A DNA stretch of 64,000 bases. It comes from the human T2T-CHM13v2.0 reference genome, Homo sapiens. Numbering within the stretch: the first letter of the stretch is position 1; every line of letters begins with the position of its first letter. Positions 36,206-51,000 of this stretch are shown in pieces. The position numbers and the translations under genes were made by a program. Location: the NCBI RefSeq assembly GCF_009914755.1, contig NC_060938.1; one strand, 5' to 3'. The notes beneath the pieces were generated by a model that saw only the letters and a list, made by a program, of their open reading frames with translations, did no database searches and was not told the DNA's origin.

Positions 36206-38554
36206 AATGGTACTGAAGCAAAAGCAATTTTAAAGATTCTTAATATTTTCATCAGTTCGATAAATCAGAAGTGAACTCTTGAGGAGTCTTAAACATTTGG
36301 AGGAGGCTCTGTTGGAGAGCTGGCCCTTGCATGCCTCCACCACTATGTTGCTTAGCCATGACTTATCCCATTTCTTGAGGAAAGAGTAATGTGTTTTGGA
36401 TCTGAGACACAGATGACTACATTCCCCTTGTCACCTTCACTTTGCCAATTCTCCATTTATTTCATTCTATAGAGACCTGACATATTGCCCTTAGAAACTG
36501 GCTACTCCCTAGAATACTGCCAATTTGGGGTTAGATGAGAACGATTATAAGATGGCTACTCAAAATAGTGCAGCTTGATTGAAGGTGTATTACAACATCC
36601 TCAGCAAATAATAAAAAATAGTGGATTAAAAAAAAAATTGCATTGGGGTTTTGTTTAAAAGGAGGTTACCCCTCCCTACATTGCTGTAGCATGGTGATTC
36701 TCTTTATTTTGGTCACTGTTATATTTCGTTCTGTTTGCAACACTATACTTCTATCAGCTGATGTGATGCAGCCAGCAGCTGCCCCCTTGTGTTAGAAATG
36801 TCCTATAGCTTAACCATGGAGAATCAGGACTTAATTCATTTACCCTGGCTCCTCCATTTCTTTCCCTGCCAACACAGCTGCAGCATAGCTCCTCCATCTA
36901 GAAACCTGGCAGCTATCCCAGCTGGAAGCTACCTGCCAACACTTTTCTGAAGACCAGCCAGAGGAGGAAGAACAGGAGGGCAGAGGGCTGAGGAGGGAGG
37001 CAAGAGAAGATGCAAATCTAATTGCACTGGCCTCCAGCCCTCTTCAGATCTCTGTGCTTCCAGAGGGGGTGACATACCATCAGCCATGACTGATCTTGCT
37101 TGTAAAAGTCCTATTTAGATGTAAGCACACTTCCCTGAGGTTTCAGATTCCAGAATTACCCTAATATTCCTCTTTACTTTGCAGTTATGCAGAACCAGGA
37201 ACACCCCACTGACTGGAATAATGACCTCCCAGGCAGAAGAGTGGTGGATTGATGTTCTGATGTCTCTTTACCCTTATACTAGTCATTAAATTATGTACCT
37301 TCTTCTCACCTCCATAATGAGCCACAACGCTGTCCAACTTTTCTAGGAGAGGACCTCTTGTTAATGTCAAATTTTATACCATTCCCACATGATAGTAGTT
37401 GTACTTTTAGTATCTGTTGATTTTTAAAATATGTGATAAAAAGCACCTGAGTTCAATAAGATTTGGATTAAGTTTTATTTTAATCACACGGTATTGAATT
37501 ACATTTGAAAATCAGCAAGGACGGGGACGCTGCAGTACCCTGTAAATACCAGTGAGATGAATAAAGAAAGTGCTTGGGGTGCATATGGATTCATGGACCT
37601 TTTTACAATAACTCAACACCCTAGAGAAGGAGTGGTTCACAGGCTGGGGCACCACTGGAGAGAAACAGGGGCCAAACTTGCTCAGTTTTGTGTGTGCATG
37701 GGCCGGGTCCAGGAGCAGCTCTGTGAGCTCCTTCCAAGTCTGTGCCCTTGGGAAAAGATCAGTGTTTAGATCAGGCCCACCCACAGGAAACCACACTGTT
37801 AAAATCCCTTCTTTCGTGGTTCTGAAATCTTCAAAATAAACAAAGCTACCCTGTAGGCTGGGACTTCAGTTGTATCCTTTTGGTTCATGTTACAAACTTT
37901 ACAAGGAAAAGTGGCCTCATGGCAGCTGGAGCAAAGGAGGGAAATTAAGTAGACAAGACACTTCCTAGGACAGGCGGCTCTAGTCCAGGGGCCTCCCAAG
38001 GGGAGCGTGATTTCAAGTTTGCTGCTCTCCCACAAACGAGATGGTAGCTAAAGAAAAGGTAAATGAAGAGAGCTGGCTAGAAACAGAGGTGATAATTCAA
38101 GTACTTAGAAACCAGTAGGGCCTGGGTGTCAGTGCATTGGAATGATCCATGAGCCAGAGCTCCTAAAAAGGCCCTGAAGCACAGTCTTCTCCCCACTACC
38201 CTAAGGAGCAGGTATTAACCCTTTGGTTGCTGGATCAAGGGAAGGTGAGGGGTTCCAAGGTGGCTGGGGTGGTTGTACAGGGAGTGGATGCAGAGGCAAC
38301 TTAGCAGCCAGTAAGGAAGCATTTCAATATTTAACAACTGGATATGCTACACCCCTGCATATTGGCAGCTGAAATCTGTAATCAAGAACTCGATGTGTCT
38401 CATAGAGGGTTTTGGAGCCATGGGGAGAAAATATTGACAAAATCCAGTTCCTTTGTTTCTCTCACTATTGCTCTAACTGGTTAAAACCTAGGCTCCCTTC
38501 TCCTGAGAAAATGACACCTTTAGATAAAAGCATCTCTTCCCGAGGTGGAAAAAG

Positions 38555-38790
38555 AGACTGCTATGACTGAGTGCCTACCGTGTGCCTACCCCGAGCTTGG
38601 AGTTTTATAAACATGTCTTCATTTTCCCCTGCGAGCACCACCTGGGTGGGTATTTATTACTCCCATCATACAGACGAGCAGCCTGGTGCCCAGGGTCACA
38701 CGTCTGGTAAAAGGTGGATCCAAGCTCCACCCAAATCTCCCTGACTCCTGAGCTGGAACCTTCTTTCCCACCTCATCACACTACAGTTTT
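38555..38790 (-). mobile_element. MIR
   Basis: actgagtgcctaccgtgtgcc...tattactcccatcatacagacgag...tgcccagggtcacac. Confidence 0.65.
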
Positions 38791-38807
38791 GAAGGTTTTC
38801 TTGTTAA

Positions 38808-39243
<436 letters not shown>

Positions 39244-39392
39244 AACTAGTAACTCTTTAATCAATCTAATCACATTGAATTTATCACTTACAGTGGAGCA
39301 ATGAATGAAGCCACATGTAACTTATTATTTGAAGTACATGCTTACCATACGTAACAAGGCCTTTCAGCTTTACCTGTTTCACATAGGCCTCC

Positions 39393-39744
39393 TGATATGG
39401 TTTGGCTGTGTCCCCACCCAAATCTCATCTTGTATTCCCATGTGTTGTGGGAGGGACTTGGTGGGAGGTAATTGAATCATGGGGGCAGGCCTTTCCTGTG
39501 CTGTTCTCGTGATAGTGAGTCTCACGAGATCTGATGGTCATGATTAGGGGGAGTTTTCCCGCACAAGCTCTCTCTTTGCCTGCTCCCATCCATGTAAGAC
39601 ATGACTTGCTCCTCCTTGCCTTCTGCTATGATTGTGAGGCTTCCCCAGCCACGTGGAACTGCAAGTCCAATAAGCCCTTTTTACTGTATAAATTACCCAG
39701 TCTAGGGTATGTCTTTATCAGCAGCATGAAAACAAGCTAATACA
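39393..39744 (+). mobile_element. THE1 (B-like) solo LTR, complete
   Basis: TGATATGGTTTGGCTGTGTCCCCACCCAAATC...CTAATACA; exact 5-bp TSD cctcc. Confidence 0.95.
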
Positions 39745-41949
39745 CCTCCTTATTATCAAATATAAGCTATAGTTCAATTAAAAACATAAACATATGTACA
39801 TATGCATAAACATTCCCCAAAAGATAACAGTTGTGGTAATTGTCAAAGTTTTCCTTGGATTTTCATCGAAAGCATTTTCCATGGAAATCAATTCCATGGG
39901 CTTGTTCATGTGAGCAATGCCTCACGATAGAGGTGATGTCTTTCCATTAAACATTTCCAACCCTCATTACACCTCAGCCTTTTTACCTCTACCATTTGTT
40001 GATAATGTAAGGTTATAAAAACCAACAAATACAAATCAATAACAATGTCCATTCCCAATTAATTTTATCTAACATTTGATACATGCTGGCAGGGCAATGA
40101 GTAAAGCCTTTCTTTGCGGGGAGTGAGGGTTTGTGGAGTAAAATGCCTTCGTTTCTAACCTTAGCCCTCCTGTTCCTTCCCAAGGTGTGCTCAGCCTCCT
40201 CCTGTGATGTATCTGGATTTCATCCTCCATGGTGAAAGGCAAAAGGCTGTTTATCTCTTCTCTGGTCTGTGTATGAAAGCTACATGAAAATGAGCATTGA
40301 AAGGGTTAAGTGCACTCTTCATGCAGAAAGACAAAACTTGTGGATTTTCTATTCCATTGGGTCCAAACAAGAAGAACGGTCTGTTGCTATTATTTTAGGA
40401 TTCAACTCAATAGCTGATAAATTTGATTTCTTTCACACTCGGCAAAGACTTGAAACATTGTAGCCCCAGAATGGGAAGTCTCTTCTCCGAACTTATGAAC
40501 ATGTAACTCTTCAGTTCTCCCTCAACTTTATTAAGCATATTGAGTTTCAAAAGACATTCCTACTCTCCTTCTTCAATATCTTCTCTTTTTAAACGTTACT
40601 TTATTTTTTAAATGTATTATGCAGTTTTTAAGACTTTCAAAAAGGGATAAGGAAAACCAAACCAATACCTACGTATCTATCAAGCAGCTCAAGAAATACA
40701 ACATTAGGAGCAGTTAAATCCACTATTTATGCTCACTGCCTTCTAGATAGAGTCTGTTACTTCCCAGAGGTCAATTCCTGAGAGCCTAGGGACCTGGGCA
40801 TTGTCTTTGCCATCTTTGTGAGGCCCTGGAGATTCCCTTTATGTCTCTGGCTTCTATGTTGTCGAAGTCTAGGTTGACCTCGTGATTTTTGAGGCTGTGG
40901 GTTAGCCTTGCAATGTCTGGAACTTGGCTATGGGTTTTGAATGCTTTTCCTTGGGCCTTGTCGTCAGATGGAAGCGCACATAGCTTCCCATGGCCACCTC
41001 TTCCAGGATGTTCAATGAGAAGTCCCAAAGCCCCGCATGAGGATCAGCCTGAGAGGCCAAGGGAAGCTGACCAAGCTCTCTGAACTTGAAATGGACTAGA
41101 CTCATAAAGGAGGAAGCAGTGCCACTGTTTCCTGGAGCCTCAGCCCCCTATGGGGACACCTTGTACTGACAGGGTGAGCCGGGCTGAGGCTGGGTTTGAG
41201 GGCAGGTCCAGCTGTCCTCTCACTTGGCCTCTTCTGAGCAGGGTTTCTCTTCCAGCCGTGGCACTGTCCTGGCTGGAGAGCTTCAGGGCAGTGTCTGCCC
41301 CATACCCTCATCTGGGCTCTGAGATGGCTTCGTGGGTCATTTTTGGTGAAGGGGGAGCTCAGAATATTTGCATTATTTTGTGGACATTGGTCTTGACTAA
41401 GACTAACTAAGAATTGAAGGCCCAGGGGTCTTAAAGATAAGAAAAAAATGCAAAAACTTAAGGAGTCATTTGCCCTGTTGCTCCTGGATATTGCAGCCAA
41501 ATAAACACATTCCCAAATTTATTTATGTTGCAGACCAGTCATTTTTCCTTATACAGGAATCTTATTAAAGCAATAAATCAATGTTAACCTGGGTTTTAAA
41601 TTGGCCCAATATGTTTGGAGAAATTGCTGGTTTAATTTTCCTCTTTTTCATTTTTCAATTAACTAATTTAGCTTTCCCAGTTGGGATACCACAAACCTTA
41701 ACACATGAATTTATCTTGAAACCAGGAGGCCCCAACATACATTGCCAGCAAAACAAAAGAGGAAAACCCAACATTTGTCCTGTCATGAGACAGCAAAGAA
41801 GCACGGGTCCAGAAAATATCTATCTTTGTTGCTGCAAACTACCTAAGCCTAAGCTCTGTGAAGCAGCCTCAACTGCCTGTAGACTCCCCTGAATACTCTT
41901 TCTGAATTTTCTCCACATTCACTGTGACTAAAAGTTTCCAGAGCATCTC

Positions 41950-42341
41950 TGTTGTAGACTGAATGTTTATATCCCTCCTACTTCCCCAAAACTCATATGT
42001 TGAAGCCCTGACCCCTGATGTGACTGTATTTGGAGACAGGGCCTTTACAGAAGTAATTAAGGTTAAATGAGGCTATAGGATGGGGCTCTGATCTAATAGG
42101 ATTGGTGTCCTTAAGAGACACCAGAGAGCTTGTTTACTCTCTGAGTGTACAAGAAGAGGTCGTATGGGCACACAATGAGATGGTGGCCACCTGCGAAGAG
42201 AAGAGGCCTCAGAATGAAACCCACCCTTCTGGCACCTTGATCTTGGATTTCCAATCTCCAGAACTGTGAGAAAATAAACTTTTGTTCTTCAAGCCATGCA
42301 ATTTCTACTATTTTGTTACGACAGCCCAAGCTGACTAAACA
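41950..42341 (+). mobile_element. MLT1A/B-like solo LTR
   Basis: TGTTGTAGACTGAATG...ctccagaactgtgagaaaataaa...gactaaACA. Confidence 0.88.
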
Positions 42342-45036
42342 GTTACCCAGCAATGTTTTCCCAGGAACACTGTGAAAACTGCTGGTGCCCTGCCATCCGC
42401 CTGGGAGTGCTTAGTATCCCAGCATACATGTACAACTGGACGGATCTCAGCCAAGGGACCTCATCACCCACCACAGCTTCGCTATATTATAACACAGTCC
42501 AAGACTCCAGAGTATGAATGGGCCCAGATAGCAAAGCAAGCTTCTTTCCCACCAACCTCAGAGCAAAATGTGTATGTGAGAGTGTGTGTCTGTTGGGGAG
42601 GGGAGACTTTTGCAATGGACCAATCCTCCAAGTGTCCTCAACTTCATGGGTGCGTTGTGATTTGTTCTCCACCCTGAAGCCTGCAACTTGGACTTGTGAG
42701 ACCTGGCCTTAGGAAAATACAGGCTCAGTGAATGCTAAGTTTGTGGGGAAGCTGTTTTGTAGAGTCAAAAGAACACTGGCTTTGGAGTCAGACAAAGCTA
42801 GGTTCAAATTCCAGCTTTTTAGTGCATTGACCAAAATAGTAAAAGTAAGGACTCATTGTCTAAACTAATAGAGCTGACAAATCCAGGCATGTGTTTTGCC
42901 TTCAGGAACAGCTACATCCAGGCACTCAAAAGACATCATTGGAAATCTATTTCCTTCTCTCTTTCTGCTCCAGTGATTTCTCTATTGGCCTCATTCTGAG
43001 GACAGTGCTTCCTCAGCAGCTCCAGACTCACATGATGAATGGAGGAAGAAGGTCTCTGCCAAGATTTATAACACAGGTCTTGGTGAGGCTGCTGATTGGT
43101 GAATCCTAAGTCACATGTACACTCTTGCAGGGAGGTTGGGGTGGGAGAGGGAAGTAATCGATCTCATTCAACTTCAGGAAAGGTGGTGCTGTTACTTAAG
43201 GATAAAGGGATGCTGGGCAGGAAAAAAATAACACATGTCTGTATAGACACTGTGGAGCTCTGTGACTCTGAGCAAGTTATTTAACCTCTCTGATCCTCAA
43301 GTTCCCCCTTTGCAAAATGGCTAAACCAGTGTCTACCATGTTTAAAGTTATGAATATTATATGTACTCCTAGCATAGCTCAAGACACAGAAAGGACTCTC
43401 TCCCTCTTCCTTTTACCTGCCCCTTTCCTGGAGACCTGGGGAAGCTTAAGGAGTTTGGATTGTATTGAAAGTGTCATGCTGTTTCAGGCTGGACAGGCCT
43501 TGGATGGTGCAAAAACTTCAGAACCCACTCAGTGGGGCTTTTATGTCAGGGGTTGGTTCCACTAGGGAAAGGTTGCCTCAGGGCAGAGTGGGGCTCTGAG
43601 GATTCCCTGGCTGGCGCAGCTCTGGGACATCCAAGTGGGTTGACAGAGTCCTTTCAAAGGCAGTTTTCTGACAGGAGAGCTCAGAATAGCCAACAGGAAA
43701 CTTTCTGTTATACTCTGGAATTAAAACCAAGCCTCTCACTGCGTGTATTACTGTCCTGTAAACAGTAGACAGTCCCTGTCAGACCTGTGGGGTTTCTCAC
43801 CCAAACAACCACTGCACTACCTGAATTGAGCCTGTGAACTCTAAAGAATCCTAATGAAAATATACCACCACAAATGCTCCAAAGAGCCTGCTTTAACACA
43901 CTGGAATCATGTACCTGCCCAGCTGGTGACAGGGTTAAAACTGCCAAATTTGTCTTTCCCACTGCTACCTGCGCTCCCTTCCTAACCATCCACACCAAAC
44001 TTTGTGATTCCTTTATTTATAGGTTAAAAGACTGTGGGCACCTGTGCCCTCAGCTCTGTCTAGATTTATGATGAGCCAAACGGGAGGCTGGAACCACCTG
44101 CCAGCCTCACTAACACCCACTGGAAGGAGGTCTAGCAACTTAGTAGCCCACTTTTGCCCTGATGCTGCATTTTTAAAGGTCACCTACAGATTCTGAGGAA
44201 ATCCAAAAGAGACTAAAAAATATATATAATTTAATAGATTTTTTTAAGAGTTTCATCACTTAGTTTCTTTGGCTCCATCTTGATTTATTCTGGGACATTG
44301 CCACAGGACCTTGCTTTGATAGCTGCTATAGAGGATATCAAGACCTCTCCTTATATCTCTACAGAGTCTCAACAATGCCTTTCTCACCTCAGCAAGCTGC
44401 TGTGCAATTAAACGAGATATATTAAAGTGTTGTGAGCGCTTTGCTGGAAAAGTTCTGTAATCCAAAGATAGCATTATGATTAGTGGCAGTGAATATGATA
44501 TTTTCTCTTTGGGCAATCAGTGGCTTAGTTAGAACAGTGGATAATTCATGGGCAACACAAGATGGTTCTGTTAATAACTTGGGGTTAAGCTCAAGCTTTA
44601 GAATGGAAATGTGCTACAAAGCAGTTTTGGTATGGGCACATAAGTGTTGTTGGGACCATCACCTCCATCAGAGATGGTGATTTTGGGTAAAATTGCCAAA
44701 GTTGAGGTGGTTCACAAAGGTCTTTGTGTAAATGCAGACAAATGGTGTATCACCGTAAAGGGAAACTCATATCAATGGGCCTGACTTGACTCCCTTTTGA
44801 GGGGTCCAAACAGCTTCCAATTTATGTAATTTACGTCTTTTATTTAAAATCCATTTCCTCAGTACAGTTGTATCATGCATGGTAATTGTAGGATTGCTAA
44901 TTTTTAAAGAGCTTCCTTTGATAGAGTGAGGAAAAGCCCTGTATACACCAGGGAGAGTGTGAATTGGTACAACTTCTTTCAAAAATGATTTTGCAATATC
45001 TGGCCAAATGTAAAATGCAAAACTCCTATAACACAG

Positions 45037-45478
45037 TGTGAAAGACAAATAAAAACTCAGGACCCCGATTCACTATGCCAAAAGGAAAAAATTAAGATGA
45101 AAGCTGAGTCATACAAGAAGCTGCCCTTCCTTTTGTTCCTAAGCAGATAAAAGGTTAACTATCTCCACAGGTATGTTCACCTTATCTGATAATAAATTGC
45201 CGACTTACTGAGCATGAGACAAATGCGTAATTGATTATTCCCCTACCTGCTCCTTTTCCCTTGCAATGTGTGGATGCCCATACCCTCTCTCTTACTCCTC
45301 CACCCCACTTTTCCCCTTTAAATATTGAAACCCTCAAATTCACTTTTGGAGAAAGGCACAGACGACAGACTGTCTCTGTGATTCTGTGTTGTTTTCTTTC
45401 TCCTGGCCATGTCCTTAACCTTGGCAAAATAAACTTCTAAATTGATTGAGACCTGTCTCATATACTTTTTGGTTTACA
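45037..45478 (+). mobile_element. MER4-family ERV1 5' LTR
   Basis: TGTGAAAG..AAATAAA..ggacccc..cactatgccaaa start; AATAAA near the end; ttttggtttaCA terminus. Confidence 0.85.
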
Positions 45479-46159
45479 AATTGTCAAGCATGAAGGGACT
45501 TTGAGTGGAGGTGGTCCTGACCTTTGACAAATCTCCCAGTGGTGTTTGATACCAGCTTGGGGTATCTTTATTGCTCAAACCAACAGGACAATTTGCTGAT
45601 GTCTGGGAGGTGCCCCCTCCAGAGAATCCCTGATCCTCCAAAGTTTGGTTGAGATCTCCAAAGTTGGGTTTGCTCTTCAACTCCTTTTCTGGAGGTTTAC
45701 TCACTTCCAACAAGGAAGGTGAGTTTTCCTGCTTCTGTGATGATAAAGGGCAGGCAATTCCTTTCCGGTGTTTCAGCTCACTTCCAATAGGGAAAGCGAG
45801 TTTGAGTTTTTTCCTGTTTCTAAGATGGTAGAGAGCAGTCTTGAGCCTGGGCAACAATCTTAGGTAAGTAGCCGAACTGGGGTTTTGTCTTGAAAATTCT
45901 CCACAATGACTAAAAGTTAAGGTTGACCACCAGCTGATCTTCATTTCTCCTTACCATTAAATCACTCAATAATTTTTTTTTTGGTAGGTTGTTCCATCTT
46001 TCTCCCATCAGATTTGATCAACTCTACCTGACTTGGTCAAATCTTAAGGAGAATTCCAAATTATGGGGAGCAAGGCCTCTGGGTAAAATTCCTTGCAGCT
46101 GCAAAAACAAAAAAACAAACAAAACAACAACAACAAAAAATGAACCCATACAGTTGGTT

Positions 46160-46338
46160 TCTCTGTTCTCTTTCTTCCTTCCTTTCCTTCCTTCCTTCCT
46201 TCCTTCCTTCCTTCCTTCCTTTCCTTTCCCTTTCCTCCCTCCCTTCTCCCTTTCTTTCTTTTTCTTTCTTTCCTTTTTTTCCTTTCCTTTCTTTCTTACT
46301 TTTCTTTCTACTTTTCTTTTCTTTCTCTCTTTTTTTTT
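46160..46338. repeat. Polypyrimidine (CTTC)n/(CTTT)n tract adjoining an Alu tail
   Basis: About 180 nt of almost pure C/T. Confidence 0.95.
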
Positions 46339-46618
46339 GGATGGAATCTTGCTATATCACCCAGGCTGGAGTGCGGTGGTACGATCTTGGATAACTACAG
46401 CCTCTGCTTCCTGTGTTCAAACAATTCTCCTGCCTCAGCCACCCAAGTAGCTTGGACTGCAGGTGAACGCCACCACACCCAGCTAATTTTGTATTTTTAG
46501 TAGAGATGGGGTTTCACCATGTTGGTCAGGCTGGTCTCAATCTCCTGACCTCAAGTGATCCACCCACCTCGGCCTCCCAAAGTGCTGGGATGACAGACAG
46601 GAGCCACCGTGCCTGGCT
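46330..46618 (-). mobile_element. AluS (Sz-like)
   Basis: Full dimer ending gccaccgtgcctggct. Confidence 0.92.
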
Positions 46619-47748
46619 TTCCTTTCTTAAAAAAAAATTGTTCTTTTTTTCATTATTATTTTTAATTTTTTCATTATTTTTTCCCACCCTATTCTTCCTT
46701 CCCTTTTGCCATCTTCAGTACCAAGTGAAAAAAATCTAGAGAGGGCTTCTAAAGACTCAAGCCCCTTAAAGAATTGAGAATAAAGGCACCATTCATCTCT
46801 GTTTTGGATGTTCTGCTTTCTTTGGGGAGTTTCTAGAGTCATGGACATATTCTTCTCAGATCTAAAGCTCTGCTTTTTTGCATGGTGTTACCTGACCTCT
46901 TTGGCTTTTGGGGGCACCTGAGATTACCTAGTACTGTGAGGGGATTTGACCTTGGCATGTGTAATAGATAAGAGCTACAATGTTAGGGGAAGTTGAGGAC
47001 AGTTTACAGAAAATGGTCATTACTACAGGAGGCTACTAGTTTTTTGCATGCTTAGATTAGAAAATTGTACATGCTTTCTTGATCCTGTTTCCTAAAGGTC
47101 TCCACCCTAAAGCCAGTAATCTAATCAAGCTAAATTGAAACCACAACCTATCAAACTAAGTCACTTTAATAAAACTCTTTGTAAGGGAAATACATGTCTT
47201 TAAAGGAAATCTCCATTTTGTAAGGGCATCTCTGTCTCTGCACCTAAACCACTAGGAAATTTAGGGGGAAAGACAGTAGCTTGAAGTTTACATAACAGAC
47301 CTTGCATTTGTTTAGACTTACGTCTGCGACTTTGAATTTTCTACCTTGCTTCACTTAAGTCATGTCTTTGGAGATGAAAATTTAGAGTTGCCTAATTAAC
47401 TATTGTTTAGGACATGGAACAGATAATCAAGAGATTAATAGTCTAAAGTAGGGAAGAGAAATTTTTTGAAAACAGGTAAATGAAAAATTTTAAATCTGTA
47501 AAATTCACCTCTGTCTGAGCTTGCTATGTCTGTATGTTTATAAAGTCAGGTAGAAATAATATTTCACTACCAATTAGAAGAAAGAGCTCTCATTAATTGA
47601 CTTTTAAAAAATAAGCATTTATCAGACCAATAGAAGCTAACTCAGAGGCTTTTCAGTTCACATGACTTCAGTATTTTTTGGTAAGATTAATTTGGTATAT
47701 TTAGTTTCAAAATTCTCCCCAGTAATTTAAAATCTTAAAGTCATGTTA

Positions 47749-48037
47749 CTTTTTTATTTTAATTTTTTTGGGTACATGGTAGGTATACACATATATTCAT
47801 GTGATATTTTGGTATAGGCATGCATTGTGTAATAATCATATCATGGAAAATGGGGTATCCATTCCTCAAGCATTTATTCTTTGTGTTATAAACCAATTAT
47901 ACTCTTTTAGTTATTTTTAAATGAACAGTTAATTTATTTTGACTATAGTCACCCTGTTGTGCTATCAAATACTAGGTCTTATTCATTCTTTCTATTTTTT
48001 TGTACCCATTAACCATCCCCACCTCTGCTACACCCCC
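47749..48037 (-). mobile_element. Short L1MA 3' fragment
   Basis: tgggtacatggtaggtata...gactatagtcaccctgttgtgctatcaaatactagg; TSD tcatgtt on both sides. Confidence 0.8.
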
Positions 48038-51000
48038 TCATGTTGTGATCAATTAAGTGATCCTACCTTTTTCACTAGGAATTAAGGTTACTAAGAGTTA
48101 GAATAGTGGGAGGGTAAGATGTGTTTTGGTAAACTTTGTGAAAAAAAAACAGAGAATGTGGTTTTTGTTTAAGAAAATGTAACTTTTCTAGTTTAGAAGG
48201 CCTTTCTACTGGTGTTGAGATAAAAACCACTGTTTGCATCCAAGCATTTTTTTTTTTGTAAACTTGTAAATTTGTATTGATATCTCATGGCTACAGTTCC
48301 AAAGTAAAAGCTATAGAATCTTTATTTGTATGAGTAAGTGTGCATGTGTGCTTAGGTGTATTTAAATGTACGTATATGTGTTTTGTTACGTGTTATGGCC
48401 ATAAGGTACCAAATTGGCTTAAAAATAAAGGAATATTCATAAATTAAGTAAATAAGCCCAAATACTTTTCAAGTTCAAGCTACTTAAGTAAATTTTTAAT
48501 CAATAAGCTGGCTCTTAAATAATTGGTAAAATGAAATGAGAATGGATTCAGAATTGTCAACATATATTATTTTTTTGATTTATTGGCCAAGCAGTTTTAT
48601 ATTTATCTGTGCTAAATATTATCAGATGTCAAGATTTGACATGAGGGTTATAAAGCTCTAAATGAAGCCCAAAAGAAGATTATCATGTAATTTTTTGATA
48701 AATAGGTATGTAATATTATCAATTTAATAAAAAATAGCTAAATCCTGTCTTACTAAAAAAAAAGCCACATTTACTTAACCTTAAATTTCTTACTTAGGTT
48801 AGCAACTGAAATTCACAGACTATAAAAAATGGTTAACAAGAAAATAACTTTAAATGATGACAATCACAGTTTTCATAAGTAATCTAGGTAAATTAATTTT
48901 TACAAAACATAATTAGGTTAATATAACAATAAGTGGTTGTAAAACAAATGTATATATAATAATTTAGAATCTACAGTTAAATTAAATCATAGATATTCAT
49001 TAAATGTTTGGGTCACCTAGCTTTTTAAAACAATTACAGGAAAATATTTTTCTAAAAAACAATATGTTCTTATTAAAAGGGAATAGTTTGTCTAATTCAA
49101 AGGTTATTTAAAGGTTATTTATAAAACAAGGTAAAATGAACCAGTAAATAAGAAAGATGTAAAGAAAGATAAGTACAAAGTAATACTTTTGGTAAGAAAG
49201 GTTAAAAGGAAAATAATTTTACATGAGAAGGAATCGTGTGGTAAAATTTTTGTCTTAAAACAAAATAATTGGTTATTTAAGAAAGAGGGATGTTTAGGAT
49301 AAAACAGGAAGTCCAAGGGTGTCATAAATGGTTTGTATAAGTCATAATAAGGTTTGTAAAAAGACAATTTATGGAAAAAACACTTTATGTAATCAAGCTG
49401 GTTATAATTAAATTACTTACAATAGTCTTTCTAGAGATTGGGCTTTTATATTAAAAATACACTGAAGAATGGGTTAGAACAACAAAATTTTCTTAAGGTA
49501 TTGATTTACTCTTCATAAAATGACAAGAGATTTTAATTTTTAACCCAAAAGTTTAATTTTTATTGTGTCTCACTGTTTTCAGCTTTCTCCCCCCATCAAG
49601 AAGGCCTGATATAATAACTCTCTTCTTCAACATTTTTGTCAGCTCCTGTAACTTTTTTCCTTCAGATTCTAACTGATGTTGTGGACTGATGCTAAAAATG
49701 TTTTATTTTAAAGGTCTAAAGGAAATGTCTTTTTCCAATGTAACGTCCTGTGCACGTGGCTTTAAATTCTTATATAAAATAGAAAACTGTCACTTAGGAC
49801 ACAGGACACACTCTTCCTACGTCTAAGTAAGTCAAGCCATTTTCATAAATTTTAACTTGCAGCCTATCTAAATGGACTCCCCGTAGGGAAAAGCAATCAC
49901 ATTTCAGAAGGTCTTTTGTTTGTTTGTTTGCCTTGTGGTAACTGGCTTAACAAATAGATTTTATATTTTATTGAAATAATTTCTACATCATTGTTATTAA
50001 GTTTTTTTATTTGCCTAGAAAAGCTGAAATTAAAAAGTTGAGTTTATTACATCCATGTAATTTTCTGTATTGCTTTTAAAGTATTTGTGTTAAGTTATAG
50101 GGCTTTGACTCCTCAGTCTAAAAGGGACACCAAGTCCTGCTAAATCTTAAACACTGACAGCAGTTAAGGTCTCATCCTCAGATCCAAGAGAAGATGACAA
50201 TCAAAATAAGCCAAATTCATGAGACACAGGGTCAGAAATTAAAACTAACCCCTGTAGACCCGAGGACTATTGCAGAAGAGGTGGGAGCATGAGATTGTAA
50301 GGGTCGATTTTGAGAAATAAAATTAGTTCAGAATTTCTGTATAAATTAAACATTAATATCAAAGGCACAGTGATGCAAGACCAGCATCTGGGCCCCTATG
50401 TCAGATTAACAATGTTTTCTTGGAGCATTAACTTACTCTTTAATAAAAGCAATTACAAAAGGTTATAAAAAGGTTTATAGAAATTGCATCTTGTGGTCAA
50501 GATGATTAAAATTTAATAGATTTATTTATAAGATTTGAGAGACAGATTTAATTAGCCTCATTCTATCTTTATTAGGGCTTACTGTTTGGAAAGTAAGTCT
50601 CTTTCAAAGAATAAAGACTTTTGCCTTTTTTGAAATCTTTGAGTTGTCACTTTGGTTAAATGAATGACTTATTTCACAATGACCTGTGACCCTATTTTGT
50701 GATAATTAGGTGTTTTAAACTTTTGATATTTGATAAACTTTCCAAAATCAAATTCTAAATTTTGCCTTTTTGACCTCATTAATTTTTTGATATACGGTCC
50801 CTGAAGTCCAAAAGGGACGTATTTGGCTCATTTGGTATACTAAAATCATACAGGAAGAATTGTCAAGTATGAAATGGTGTTAACCTTCTTTAGATTAGGT
50901 TTATATAACTGTATTATTAGTAAGTGTTCCAAAATTTTATGAGATCTTGTGATTCTAATATGTCTTAGTATATCTTATCAGTAGTAATTATGATTGTTAT

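Noticed and set aside
40786-41500. GC-richer ORF cluster as an exon or processed pseudogene
   Set aside because: Overlapping short ORFs on both strands with no recognisable homology, poly-A or TSD.
44333-44375. Imperfect inverted repeat as a miRNA hairpin
   Set aside because: The stem is short and mismatched, with no other support.
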